In this document: positions 49,210 to 57,846 of the stretch, piece after piece
Layout: each line of letters opens with the position of its first letter
Numbering within the stretch: the first letter of the stretch is position 1
IMG/VR virus record: IMGVR_UViG_3300021197_000592
Coordinates: 34,439 to 98,438 of that record
Source of the DNA: a virus
Reading direction: 5' to 3' (one strand)
Length of the DNA stretch: 64,000 bases
Position numbers and translations under genes: made by a program
The notes under the pieces: generated by a model
What the model was told of the DNA's origin: nothing
The model's input: only the letters and a program-made list of their open reading frames with translations
Databases searched by the model: none

Positions 49210-49305
49210 CTATTCCTCCTCATCGGATTTCTTCGTAAAGGTAAACCCGTATTCTTCCAGCGTTGTTTGTCTTGTGTTTTCTCCGGTTATTTTTCTCATT
49301 TTCAT
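49210..49305 (-). CDS. 31-aa micro-protein with PIP-box-like motif
   Basis: MKMRKITGENTRQTTLEEYGFTFTKKSDEEE; ATGA overlap with the JAB stop. Confidence 0.5.
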   Translation of the reverse strand: MKMRKITGENTRQTTLEEYGFTFTKKSDEEE

Positions 49306-49847
49306 TCCTCCTCCTTTTTTATTTGTTCATCTATTTCTATTACAGACAGTTCCTCTTCCTCTGTCTTGTAGTCTATCACTGTCTCCGGTGGTTCCATTAG
49401 TCCGAACAACACCTTCTTGCCAATCTTTGTCTTCAAGTCATAAGCAAGATACTCGTTGTCGCCCAGCACAATCGCCGACTCTAGGACAGGCTGCCACGTT
49501 TTCAAAGATTTCCAATCAGTCATGCTCCAAAAGGCAGTGCCAAATGGATGCGTGTGTATCCAACATTTGATTGGTAACTTCATCGGTGAGCCATTGATTA
49601 ACTCGTCTTCGTGTCCCTCAAAGGATACGAAACCGGGTGTCCCGTAACTGATGTACAGGTTCTCATTCGCATCAATCATCACTTGTACTTCCCTCGGTAT
49701 GTCGAATGCCTTCTTTGATGCATTCCAAATCACACTTAGGAAAGTCTCAGTCGTATTGTTAGGATACAACCAGACTATATCATCGTTCATCTGCTCATAT
49801 GCTTCTCTTATATTTTGCTTCCAATTCTTATTCATTATTTCTTCCAT
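49302..49847 (-). CDS. JAB/JAMM (MPN+) metalloprotease
   Basis: RE...HTH-PFGTAFW-S-MT-D = E-xn-HxH-x7-S-x2-D. Confidence 0.9.
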   Translation of the reverse strand: MEEIMNKNWKQNIREAYEQMNDDIVWLYPNNTTETFLSVIWNASKKAFDIPREVQVMIDANENLYISYGTPGFVSFEGHEDELINGSPMKLPIKCWIHTHPFGTAFWSMTDWKSLKTWQPVLESAIVLGDNEYLAYDLKTKIGKKVLFGLMEPPETVIDYKTEEEELSVIEIDEQIKKEEE

Positions 49848-49848
49848 T

Positions 49849-50091
49849 TTATTGTCCTCCCATTTGCACCATCAGTGAATCTTGGCTGTTCTGGAACTCA
49901 TGATATGCTTGGTGTCCCGCTATGAAACCACCAGCATGTCTCTTCGTTCCCAAGAACTCCTCTCCACAAACAGGACATGTTACCTTCACTATCTCTGCTT
50001 GCAGATAATACCCATCCGTGGATATTATATCCATTATTTTATCTAAGTCATCATCTGTTAAATCGTCTATATTACTATCTTCTTTACTCAT
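49849..50091 (-). CDS. C2H2-type Zn-finger protein
   Basis: CPVCGEEF...HQAYH. Confidence 0.65.
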   Translation of the reverse strand: MSKEDSNIDDLTDDDLDKIMDIISTDGYYLQAEIVKVTCPVCGEEFLGTKRHAGGFIAGHQAYHEFQNSQDSLMVQMGGQ

Positions 50092-50657
50092 TCTTCTTCA
50101 CTCCATTCTCTTTTCTTTTCCCAGTTCTCATATTGTTCATCATAGTGTTCAAAATACCCGGTATCATGCGGATTGAACATCTTCACCTCATGTATGTAGC
50201 ATTCCCTGCACATGATGTGTCTAGCAATTACTGGCATCTTCCCGCTACTTCTAAAAGGAACATAATCCTTAGCACCTCCAACTAGGTACTCTTCGCAGTT
50301 GAAGCAAACGGTATCTCTATTCTCATTGCTCTTCACTAACAAAGTCAAGGGAACCATGTACTTGCTACCACGCGAGTAGAGAGTTCCTCTCACAATGTTT
50401 GGTAATCGACCAATTGCCCTAGCAAAGTAATCCTTAGATGTATACAGTTGCTTCAAACCTACTTTGCGATTTTGTGACCTATGCCTCGGATGTACGTCTT
50501 TCAATCTAGTCAATGGCACAGTCGTCAGGTATTCCAATACCTCACGCATCGTACACATGTCACCCACATTCAGATAATCAAAGAACTCCGCAAGGACTTC
50601 CTTCACTTTCTTGTGGTTGAAATTTATTACTTGTCCTTTGGGCATACTATCACACAT
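50088..50657 (-). CDS. HTH-like + half-RING Zn protein
   Basis: C-terminal CFNC-x25-HIMCREC. Confidence 0.55.
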   Translation of the reverse strand: MCDSMPKGQVINFNHKKVKEVLAEFFDYLNVGDMCTMREVLEYLTTVPLTRLKDVHPRHRSQNRKVGLKQLYTSKDYFARAIGRLPNIVRGTLYSRGSKYMVPLTLLVKSNENRDTVCFNCEEYLVGGAKDYVPFRSSGKMPVIARHIMCRECYIHEVKMFNPHDTGYFEHYDEQYENWEKKREWSEEE

Positions 50658-51249
50658 TCATAATTATCTTGTCAATAACATCATCATGATTGTTCCACCA
50701 TCTCTGAATCCATTGTGTGGCAATGCCAGCAATCGCCATATGCATAGTGTTCATCGTGTCAGCCGCGCCTTCCCATCCCTCTCCTTGACAGGAGAAGGAA
50801 CCATCGGGTCCACTAAGCAGGGCATCGACCAAATCCTCATCCACCTTGTATGAGATGAGTGCCGCATTCCTACCCTGTGCGCGTAAATCTAGCCACTTAA
50901 TCTTGGCAGAGTCTCCATACCCCTGTCGGTATAGAAGACGGCGTACTGCAAGGTTATCTGCACAACAGATTACCAAGTCATATCCCTTGAGTTGCTTGTC
51001 AAGTAGGACTTGATAGGGATGCACAGTACAACTGCCTGACCATGTGTCTACCTTCAATTCACCAACATCGTGTTCGCTATACATCTGGTTTCCAAGATTG
51101 CTCTTCTCAACCGTGTCATCATCGAACACTGTGATGTTGTATAGATGCACACCGGGGGTGTCTGTTCTACATCTCTGGTTTATTCTATTCAGGTTGTGAA
51201 TAAGGTAACTACCTATTCCACCTGCTCCTATTATCATTATCTTTCTCAT
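50650..51249 (-). CDS. ThiF/E1-family Ubl-activating enzyme
   Basis: IIGAGGIGS, DDDTVEKSNLGNQ, CADNLAVR, WLDLR, candidate catalytic Cys in FSCQ; no CxxC Zn motifs. Confidence 0.9.
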   Translation of the reverse strand: MRKIMIIGAGGIGSYLIHNLNRINQRCRTDTPGVHLYNITVFDDDTVEKSNLGNQMYSEHDVGELKVDTWSGSCTVHPYQVLLDKQLKGYDLVICCADNLAVRRLLYRQGYGDSAKIKWLDLRAQGRNAALISYKVDEDLVDALLSGPDGSFSCQGEGWEGAADTMNTMHMAIAGIATQWIQRWWNNHDDVIDKIIMNV

Positions 51250-51446
51250 TGTTTTTCATCTCCATATATTGTTCTAGTGTCAAGTTTAGTCCTCTTTCCT
51301 TCATCTCAAAATACAACTGCTTGACCAGTCCCATCTCAAGTTCTCCGTCTTTCTGCTCTCTTTTGTTTCAAGTAGCATCTATCGCATATGATGTAGGAAC
51401 GTCTGTACTTCTTCCTACCACACTTGCAATAATCCTCTCCTTTCAA
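51209..51446 (-). CDS. Two micro-ORFs (36-aa Zn finger 51446-51336; 41 aa 51334-51209)
   Basis: MKGEDYCKCG...ICDRCY... (TTGA overlap with the TFB stop) and MGLVKQLYFEMKERG... Confidence 0.45.
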
Positions 51447-52354
51447 TAGCGCACACCCGATACAAAGTCCTCGACTTGCATATCAGATAATGTCTTCCTC
51501 TCTATTTGGAATATCTCACTCAATGTCACCACTGCTCCTCTCAGGCCAACATGTGAAGAGTTCCAGTGTTTACAGATGGCAGATTGTGTTATGTCATACC
51601 TCGACATCATCTGACCCGACATCCATATGCAAGCCGCTAACATCGTATCTGCGAATCTCATATCCAATGATTCGATGTGTCTTGCCACATACTCGACTAC
51701 TCTCAATGCATTTGCCCTGAAATAATCATCTATATCCACTTCCATTCTTGACATCAGAGTTTGCGCTCTCTGCTCATGGTTCCTAGTAATGAACACACCA
51801 GAGTTTCTCTGATGTCTCGCTATTCTTCTAGCGAACTTTGAGATGTCATTTGGTTTGACCCGCGTTCTTCTAGAATGTTCCTGTATGTTACATACAATGT
51901 CTGCTTCTTTGAGAACATAGAACGTAAGAGAGGCGCATCTTCTCTCAACGTCCAAACCGCGAAACAATTCTCTCTTCATCATATCATAGTATTTCTGCGT
52001 TCTTCTCTTCAAGTCGCTTGATACATTGTAGTACGAGAGTGTGCTGTTGATGAGGAGTCTTGCTGTTTTGTCTGCTTCGGTTTCAGGCTGGGTTCTCACT
52101 TGCTCCCTGTAGAGAGCGAACCTATCCTTGTTACCATAGGCATCTGACTTCCTAATGAAGGAACCCAAACTACCAATGGTCTTGCTTCTTTTATCCTCAT
52201 CGGATATTGAAATCATGTGTGTAGTCTCCTCAAAGGGATTCACCACAAGAACAAGACCACACTCATCACAAGTCTTCTCACCCAATCTATCGATGTAAGT
52301 GAAAGCCGTGCTACCGCACTCTTTGCATGATTCACTGACTGTCATAGGATTCAT
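51443..52354 (-). CDS. tfb: Transcription initiation factor B (TFIIB) homologue
   Basis: CKECGS..GEKTCDECGLV Zn ribbon; two cyclin-like repeats (FRG...AS..FY; LAACIW..TQ). Confidence 0.85.
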   Translation of the reverse strand: MNPMTVSESCKECGSTAFTYIDRLGEKTCDECGLVLVVNPFEETTHMISISDEDKRSKTIGSLGSFIRKSDAYGNKDRFALYREQVRTQPETEADKTARLLINSTLSYYNVSSDLKRRTQKYYDMMKRELFRGLDVERRCASLTFYVLKEADIVCNIQEHSRRTRVKPNDISKFARRIARHQRNSGVFITRNHEQRAQTLMSRMEVDIDDYFRANALRVVEYVARHIESLDMRFADTMLAACIWMSGQMMSRYDITQSAICKHWNSSHVGLRGAVVTLSEIFQIERKTLSDMQVEDFVSGVRY

Positions 52355-53610
52355 TTGTTCATCGCCCCTATGTTGTACTTCTTGTATCTTGCATCCTTTC
52401 TCTTATCGTAAGGGATGAGAAAATCATTGAATCTATTCTTACCGAACCACTCCTCTACCATAGGTGATAGTTGTCTGAGTGTGTATATCATCTCACCTGC
52501 ACCCTTGTCATTCATCAGCATCATCGCCCTTGATGATAGTTGGTCACCAATGCTAGAGTTGTGGTGTAGGTTGTCGATGCATATCGGTCCCTCCCACTTT
52601 TCGCCATTCCAATAGAACGTGTTGACGTTCTGGTGTCCACGCTTCCATCCCTTGTTGGCATCTGCGACAATCCAGTCAGCATGAATACCTCTAACGAACA
52701 GAGCCATGTATCCCTCATGCATAACCACTTGGATGTTATCGAACTCATCGGCTAGTTCATAGACTAACTCAAACGCTCTTTCCTCTACCATTTTCTGCGT
52801 TCTGTTCTGTAGTAACCATGCTATCATCAGTTTCTTCTGACTCTCAGATGGTTCCTCACCCATGAGTGCAGTCCACAGTCTCGTAGGTGATATGCGATAC
52901 CACTTCTTGGAACGGCTTGAGTTCAGACCGAATGTGTTTACGAATGTGTTTAGTTCTGAGATGGTCATCGAACCCCATATTCCCTCTGATATCTCAAGTG
53001 CGATATCCTTCTTACCAACCATCTTCGTGTTGATTCTGACTTCACGCCTAATCCCTCCGTCCCAAAAGACATAGGGGGTTCTGTTCTCTAGAGCGTACAT
53101 CACATGTGGTGGTGTATCAAGCACCCTATCGATATACTCCTCAAGACTGATTGCGCTTCTATCCATAACGCTCCTGTAGAATATCTTAGCCAAGGCCAAT
53201 GATATGTCATTCAATGACATCCTCTGACTGTTCATGGAATACACGGTGTTGTTCTTCTGTATCCATATCATGGCATCTCCATCATCTCTCTTGAAAGTGA
53301 TGATAGTAGTCCACTTCTCATATGCACTGTTGTCATAATTATAGTACCTGCTTCTTCTTCCATGTGTGTTTGGTAACACGTGATGTCTGATAGTGTAGGC
53401 AATGTTCTCCGTCATCGGTTCAAGCGTCTTGGTGAACCTGCTCGTAATATCCAACGGGGGGACTCTAACCCTTCTCTCACCTATACGGGTCGGAGTCGTT
53501 CCCACCTTCCAACGAACGCCATTGACGCGCATGAGAAAAGTAGTCTTATCGCTTTCTGAACCATCACCTGTTCTCGGTATTGTAAATCGTATTTTCATAA
53601 TAATCACCAT
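52351..53610 (-). CDS. Hypothetical protein with C-terminal E2/UBC-like motif
   Basis: HQNV...GPICIDNL resembles UBC HPNV/I...GxICLDIL; Ubl/E1/JAB context. Confidence 0.5.
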   Translation of the reverse strand: MVIIMKIRFTIPRTGDGSESDKTTFLMRVNGVRWKVGTTPTRIGERRVRVPPLDITSRFTKTLEPMTENIAYTIRHHVLPNTHGRRSRYYNYDNSAYEKWTTIITFKRDDGDAMIWIQKNNTVYSMNSQRMSLNDISLALAKIFYRSVMDRSAISLEEYIDRVLDTPPHVMYALENRTPYVFWDGGIRREVRINTKMVGKKDIALEISEGIWGSMTISELNTFVNTFGLNSSRSKKWYRISPTRLWTALMGEEPSESQKKLMIAWLLQNRTQKMVEERAFELVYELADEFDNIQVVMHEGYMALFVRGIHADWIVADANKGWKRGHQNVNTFYWNGEKWEGPICIDNLHHNSSIGDQLSSRAMMLMNDKGAGEMIYTLRQLSPMVEEWFGKNRFNDFLIPYDKRKDARYKKYNIGAMNK

Positions 53611-53926
53611 ATTCTTCTTTATTCACTCTGTAGTATTCCTTTCTATCATACAGTTCTTGTATGTCATCCATGTCCTGTAAAGCCGAATACCCTTGCTTCA
53701 CAAGTCTCAATATCCCATGTCTCAATTCTCCTAATGAGATTGGGGATGGAGCCAAGGCATCTTCACTACCCTTGTATCTCCAATACCAAGTACGAACGCT
53801 TTCCTTAGCGCCCGCATTTGTCATTGAGTCTACTATTTCTTCCTCTATCGATAACCATGCCTTCGGATTATATTTCACAAGCACCACCTGCACAAGCAAC
53901 TTCGCCTTGCAGATTGGTATTATCAT
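53564..53926 (-). CDS. Hypothetical protein (start probably near 53880)
   Basis: Between nrdJ and the E2-like gene. Confidence 0.5.
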   Translation of the reverse strand: MIIPICKAKLLVQVVLVKYNPKAWLSIEEEIVDSMTNAGAKESVRTWYWRYKGSEDALAPSPISLGELRHGILRLVKQGYSALQDMDDIQELYDRKEYYRVNKEEYGDYYENTIYNTENR

Positions 53927-55736
53927 TGTATTCCTTGACCTGTGTTAGGTCAATCGATTGTAATTTAGCGAACATGTCCTCATATTGTTCTTTCTCGATA
54001 GCCTCAAACGGTGCTTGTGTGTAAACACCGTTATCGAATGGTAGAACAGAGATGCCATTGTAGTGTTCTCTGTTATCCCACATCCATTCTTTCACTACAT
54101 CCCACTCGTCATCTCTGACGTTGACTGTAGCAGAGACATTGTGTGAGTTGACTCCACTCACATGTCCCCTTCGTACCCACTCGATTGAATACTGCTTCAA
54201 TCTCTTCAACATGGAAAGAGCAGACTCCTCCCTTGTGATGATGTCACCTCTAGGTGCTTTCTGTGGTATGGCAAGTATTGCTTGATTGTCGTCCCACTCA
54301 TCATCTTCTACTAACTCAGGCAGCATCTCATTGAGATACAGATACATTGATTCATTCTTCATAACCCTGATTCTTCTTATGTAATACTCGGAGTACCAAG
54401 CATGTATTCCAGAAGAAGTGCCTAGTACCAAACTGGTAGTACCGGCGGGTTTCACACAAGTCACTCTTGCGGCTGAGTTTATCCCGAATTTGTCAGCATA
54501 TGCCTTGTTGACGATGACTGCACAATCAGACGCTCTTTCAAGGTTCAAGTCCTTTAGAGCATTGCTTGCTATACCAGTCATTGATATTCCGACAAGTGCT
54601 TCCCTCTCTGTTGTGGTCTTCCACGTTTGTCGTAGATAATGGAAGTCCGTGTAGCATGCTTGCATCGTTCCTATGATGGTAGCGGCTTCCACTCTCTCTT
54701 CCAAGTCCTTCTGACTGGAAACAGTGGATACGTTAATTTCACAGAGATTGCAGAACTGATGGTTCTTCAAGGAAATCTCCGCACATGGGTTTGTTCCCCA
54801 ATTCTTGTCATTGGAGAAGAATATCCCCGGCTCGCCAGTCTTGTTGGCCCTCGTCCTGTTCCAGAGGTCATCGAAGAACTCCTTCTCACACTTCTCTCTG
54901 ATGAGAACTGCTGAGTTGTTCGCTCTTGCTCTTTGTGGGTTAGTCTCCCAATAAAGACCGTTCTTTGAGTTAATCATCTCGTTGTCGTCTGCATTGAACA
55001 GACTAATCATAGCCGCTCTTCTGATACCACCAGCAAGGACGGCATCTGCGATGTGGCACATCATATCATGTGCTTCGATTGGTGTAATGTGATGACCATC
55101 CTCCATGTTCAGTAGCATGTTCTCTATGGTAACTATGCACTTCTTCAATGGGGCAGGGCCGGGTGCTTTACCACCGCTAGTCTTCAACGGGCTTCCCTTT
55201 GGTCTAATGTCTGAGTAGTCGAACCTTGGTGTTGTTCTCCTATCTCCTGTGTATGCGTTAAATAATACCTTGACTGCATCTGCCCATCCTTCTATCGAAT
55301 CAGCAACCAGATGCCTGTAAGTCCTCTCAGGATTAGGCTTCTGTATACTATCCAATTGTGATACGTGGTGTCTCTGAACAGAATACCCAACTCCTGTGCC
55401 GCCCAGCAACAGGAACATGGCTTCTGAAAACGCTATTGTAGAATCAATAGCCATGTACGCACAGTTGTATATTCTGTTCGGAGACAAGTCAATCGGCTTC
55501 CCTGCAAATTGCATGGAGCGCATGGATGGTAGCACTTTCTTGGTTAGAACGAAGTTGTCATAGACATAATCTATCTTCTCGTCAAACCCTTGAATGTGTG
55601 TGAATTTCCTCTTATGCATTTCCTTGTTTCTTCCTACAATCTCTGTCCAAGATTCCCTCCTGAATTCAAGAGGCAAGTATTTTGCATACTTCATGTTCGT
55701 TGTTATTTCTGACAATATTTCTTGTTGTAATTCCAT
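53868..55736 (-). CDS. nrdJ: Class II (adenosylcobalamin-dependent) ribonucleotide reductase
   Basis: LPSMR, NCAY, GTGVG, TNPCAEI, FCNL, VKPAGT, C-terminal CAGGACEI. Confidence 0.93.
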   Translation of the reverse strand: MELQQEILSEITTNMKYAKYLPLEFRRESWTEIVGRNKEMHKRKFTHIQGFDEKIDYVYDNFVLTKKVLPSMRSMQFAGKPIDLSPNRIYNCAYMAIDSTIAFSEAMFLLLGGTGVGYSVQRHHVSQLDSIQKPNPERTYRHLVADSIEGWADAVKVLFNAYTGDRRTTPRFDYSDIRPKGSPLKTSGGKAPGPAPLKKCIVTIENMLLNMEDGHHITPIEAHDMMCHIADAVLAGGIRRAAMISLFNADDNEMINSKNGLYWETNPQRARANNSAVLIREKCEKEFFDDLWNRTRANKTGEPGIFFSNDKNWGTNPCAEISLKNHQFCNLCEINVSTVSSQKDLEERVEAATIIGTMQACYTDFHYLRQTWKTTTEREALVGISMTGIASNALKDLNLERASDCAVIVNKAYADKFGINSAARVTCVKPAGTTSLVLGTSSGIHAWYSEYYIRRIRVMKNESMYLYLNEMLPELVEDDEWDDNQAILAIPQKAPRGDIITREESALSMLKRLKQYSIEWVRRGHVSGVNSHNVSATVNVRDDEWDVVKEWMWDNREHYNGISVLPFDNGVYTQAPFEAIEKEQYEDMFAKLQSIDLTQVKEYNDNTNLQGEVACAGGACEI

Positions 55737-55744
55737 TCTTCTCT

Positions 55745-55890
55745 CTCCGAAAATTTGGTTGTCGGGCTTCTCACCCGATTGGCAACAATCCTACCCGTTG
55801 CTGGGGTTTTTTGCGTTATTCAGCAGACCTATAATGCTTAGGCAAAAAATGCAGAGTTGCACTTAAGCATTGCTCAGTTGAGAACGAGTT
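55745..55890 (-). promoter_or_regulatory. Structured leader between Ubl and nrdJ
   Basis: On - strand: AATGCTTA...TAAGCATT and TCGGG-tgagaag-CCCGA stems ahead of the nrdJ RBS. Confidence 0.35.
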
Positions 55891-55894
55891 AGGC

Positions 55895-56101
55895 TCAGAG
55901 TGAGCCTCCGACCATTGCCGGAATTAGGTTGACAGTATCAACCTCGTCCCAACTGATGTTCGGGATTTCCTGTCTCGATACCATCTCACCCTCAACGAAA
56001 ACCCAGTGTGTGGGGTGGTCGTTGATTTGGTCGATGACATCTGAAACAGTTACGTCTTCTAATACAGTGTGTCCTGTGTCATTCATTATTCTTAATTTCA
56101 T
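55895..56101 (-). CDS. Ubiquitin-like (beta-grasp) protein with GG-SL C-terminus
   Basis: 68 aa; MKLRI..TVSDVI..VFVEGE..DTVNLIPAMVGG|SL, a ThiS/MoaD/SAMP-type pattern; GGAGG RBS. Confidence 0.85.
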   Translation of the reverse strand: MKLRIMNDTGHTVLEDVTVSDVIDQINDHPTHWVFVEGEMVSRQEIPNISWDEVDTVNLIPAMVGGSL

Positions 56102-56137
56102 TCAGATTCCTCCTTAATCGTTCCACTAAGTCAGAGT

Positions 56138-56404
56138 CTATGAAGACTCCGGTGCGTTCTGCTGTTGCTGTAGTTGCTCCACCAACCTCTGCTGTTCTTG
56201 GAGCCTACCTGTGAGGATGTTAATCGTCTGCTCGTAGTGCTTGCATAGTTGCATGTACTGAGACAGTTGATTAGCAAGGTTCTGTGCAGTTCCTTGTAGG
56301 TTCAGTGCGTTCTGTTGCAATTCAGCAAGAGCCGCCTGAGCCTCTTCCTCGTCTTTCTTCGTTGTTGCTTTCTTTGTTGTTTTCTTATCACTCATTTTTT
56401 TCAC
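56138..56404 (-). CDS. Q-rich coiled-coil protein
   Basis: Basic N-terminus, then heptad-rich Q/L helix. Confidence 0.6.
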   Translation of the reverse strand: MKKMSDKKTTKKATTKKDEEEAQAALAELQQNALNLQGTAQNLANQLSQYMQLCKHYEQTINILTGRLQEQQRLVEQLQQQQNAPESS

Positions 56405-57533
56405 CTTTCAGTTTGTCTATTATTATGGATACTTGCCTACTCGTCATCTCTGATGTGTCTTCTTCGTATCCTAATGCTACAACATACGCCAGTTGCTTAA
56501 CACTCGCTGGCCTATCGTTGCGATTTATTATCTTATTTAGTTGTTCAGCCTGTCTTTCGGTAGGCTCATGGTTTTGTAGGATTCTGTTCTTCATGTCAAT
56601 CAGGAATCTTCTCTCCCAATCGTTGGTTCCATCAGTCTTATCGAAGGCCCTCCAACCGTAGTAGTCACAGGATATCTTGAACCTCTCATGCTCCTTCTCT
56701 TTCCTTGCGGATTCGGCAATAGCATACTGTTCCATTCTCCTCTCCCTACGTGCAAGAACCTCTTGCTGATGGTTCTCCATCTCTTCGATTCTCAGAGCGA
56801 CCTTCTTATCCATTAGAGCAACCTTCTCCTTGTGTTGCTCGATGAAAGCCCAAAACATAGTCAAGTCCTTCCACAGTTTGTCATTTGGATAACCCCTTGT
56901 GTTAACTTGCGCTCTTGGGTTGTCGGGATGATTCCATCTCCATACGATGGATGACATCTCGTAGTCGGGGTCACCGAACTTACCACTCGATACCTTACGA
57001 ATGGCAGAGATGTCCTCGTAATACTGCAACTCCTGATTGTAGATTCTCTTACCAGTCTGCCTGACGTTCAATCTCAAGTCAAGTTCCTTGATGTCATCGA
57101 ACATCTCAGTGAAGTCATCACCATGAGTGTTCCACCAAGCAGTCTTGATGAGAGCATCGACTCTCACTGTCACCCACTCATCAATCATGGAGTCAGTAAT
57201 CTCGCCATCTTTCAGACCAGTCTCCTCACGGATTGCTCTCATAATTAGGTACGAGTTGATATGGTCTGAACCAACGGCCATCCTTGCGTTAGTCTCCGTG
57301 TTGTGTATCTCATAATGATACACGATATGGTGACCGCACAGGCAATAGCCCTCCCTGTCAACCCAACTAGGTTGGGGTATTCTCAGACCCCTCCACCAAA
57401 CATCACCAGTGGCAATCCACTCATGCTTGGCTTCATCGTAGTCTTCAGCCTTGGACAGTGTAACCATGTTCTCCTTCAGTTTCCTGTCCCAGCGACCATC
57501 ACCTAGTTCTCTCTTGTACTTCACATCACTCAT
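56388..57533 (-). CDS. Zn-binding hypothetical protein
   Basis: CLCGHHI...VGSDH; C-terminal TERQ/ASVKQLAY..MTSRQVS..ID motifs. Confidence 0.65.
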   Translation of the reverse strand: MSDVKYKRELGDGRWDRKLKENMVTLSKAEDYDEAKHEWIATGDVWWRGLRIPQPSWVDREGYCLCGHHIVYHYEIHNTETNARMAVGSDHINSYLIMRAIREETGLKDGEITDSMIDEWVTVRVDALIKTAWWNTHGDDFTEMFDDIKELDLRLNVRQTGKRIYNQELQYYEDISAIRKVSSGKFGDPDYEMSSIVWRWNHPDNPRAQVNTRGYPNDKLWKDLTMFWAFIEQHKEKVALMDKKVALRIEEMENHQQEVLARRERRMEQYAIAESARKEKEHERFKISCDYYGWRAFDKTDGTNDWERRFLIDMKNRILQNHEPTERQAEQLNKIINRNDRPASVKQLAYVVALGYEEDTSEMTSRQVSIIIDKLKGEKNE

Positions 57534-57776
57534 TCAGTCCATCCTCTCGTATGCGCGTTGCTCCTGTAGGTGTGCTGTGAGCAACTCTTCTATCTTCTCA
57601 TACAGAGCCTCTGCACAACCACCTATGGTCTTGCGATGTAACGCAAGCCATATCTGGTGGTCGGCATTCAACACAACCTTCGGGCTGTCGTTGTCATTCA
57701 TCGTTATCACAATAGGTGGCATCTCCTCATCGTTGACCAACCTAAATTCTACATTTGTTTCATTTCTCATTTTCAT
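57534..57776 (-). CDS. Hypothetical protein
   Basis: 80 aa, GGAGG RBS. Confidence 0.6.
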   Translation of the reverse strand: MKMRNETNVEFRLVNDEEMPPIVITMNDNDSPKVVLNADHQIWLALHRKTIGGCAEALYEKIEELLTAHLQEQRAYERMD

Positions 57777-57846
57777 TCCTCCAATTTCTTATTCATTCCA
57801 TTCATCTTCTCTCTCTTCTTTCCATGATTTCCTTTCATTCATATTC

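Noticed and set aside
55745-55890. Cobalamin riboswitch upstream of nrdJ
   Set aside because: Stems are present, but I could not find the B12-box or other consensus elements. Kept only as a low-confidence structured leader.
50650-56101. ThiF plus ThiS/MoaD as thiamine or molybdopterin biosynthesis
   Set aside because: No ThiG, MoaE or sulfurtransferase in the window, and an E2-like gene is present. Not fully excluded, since JAB also occurs in some sulfur-carrier pathways.
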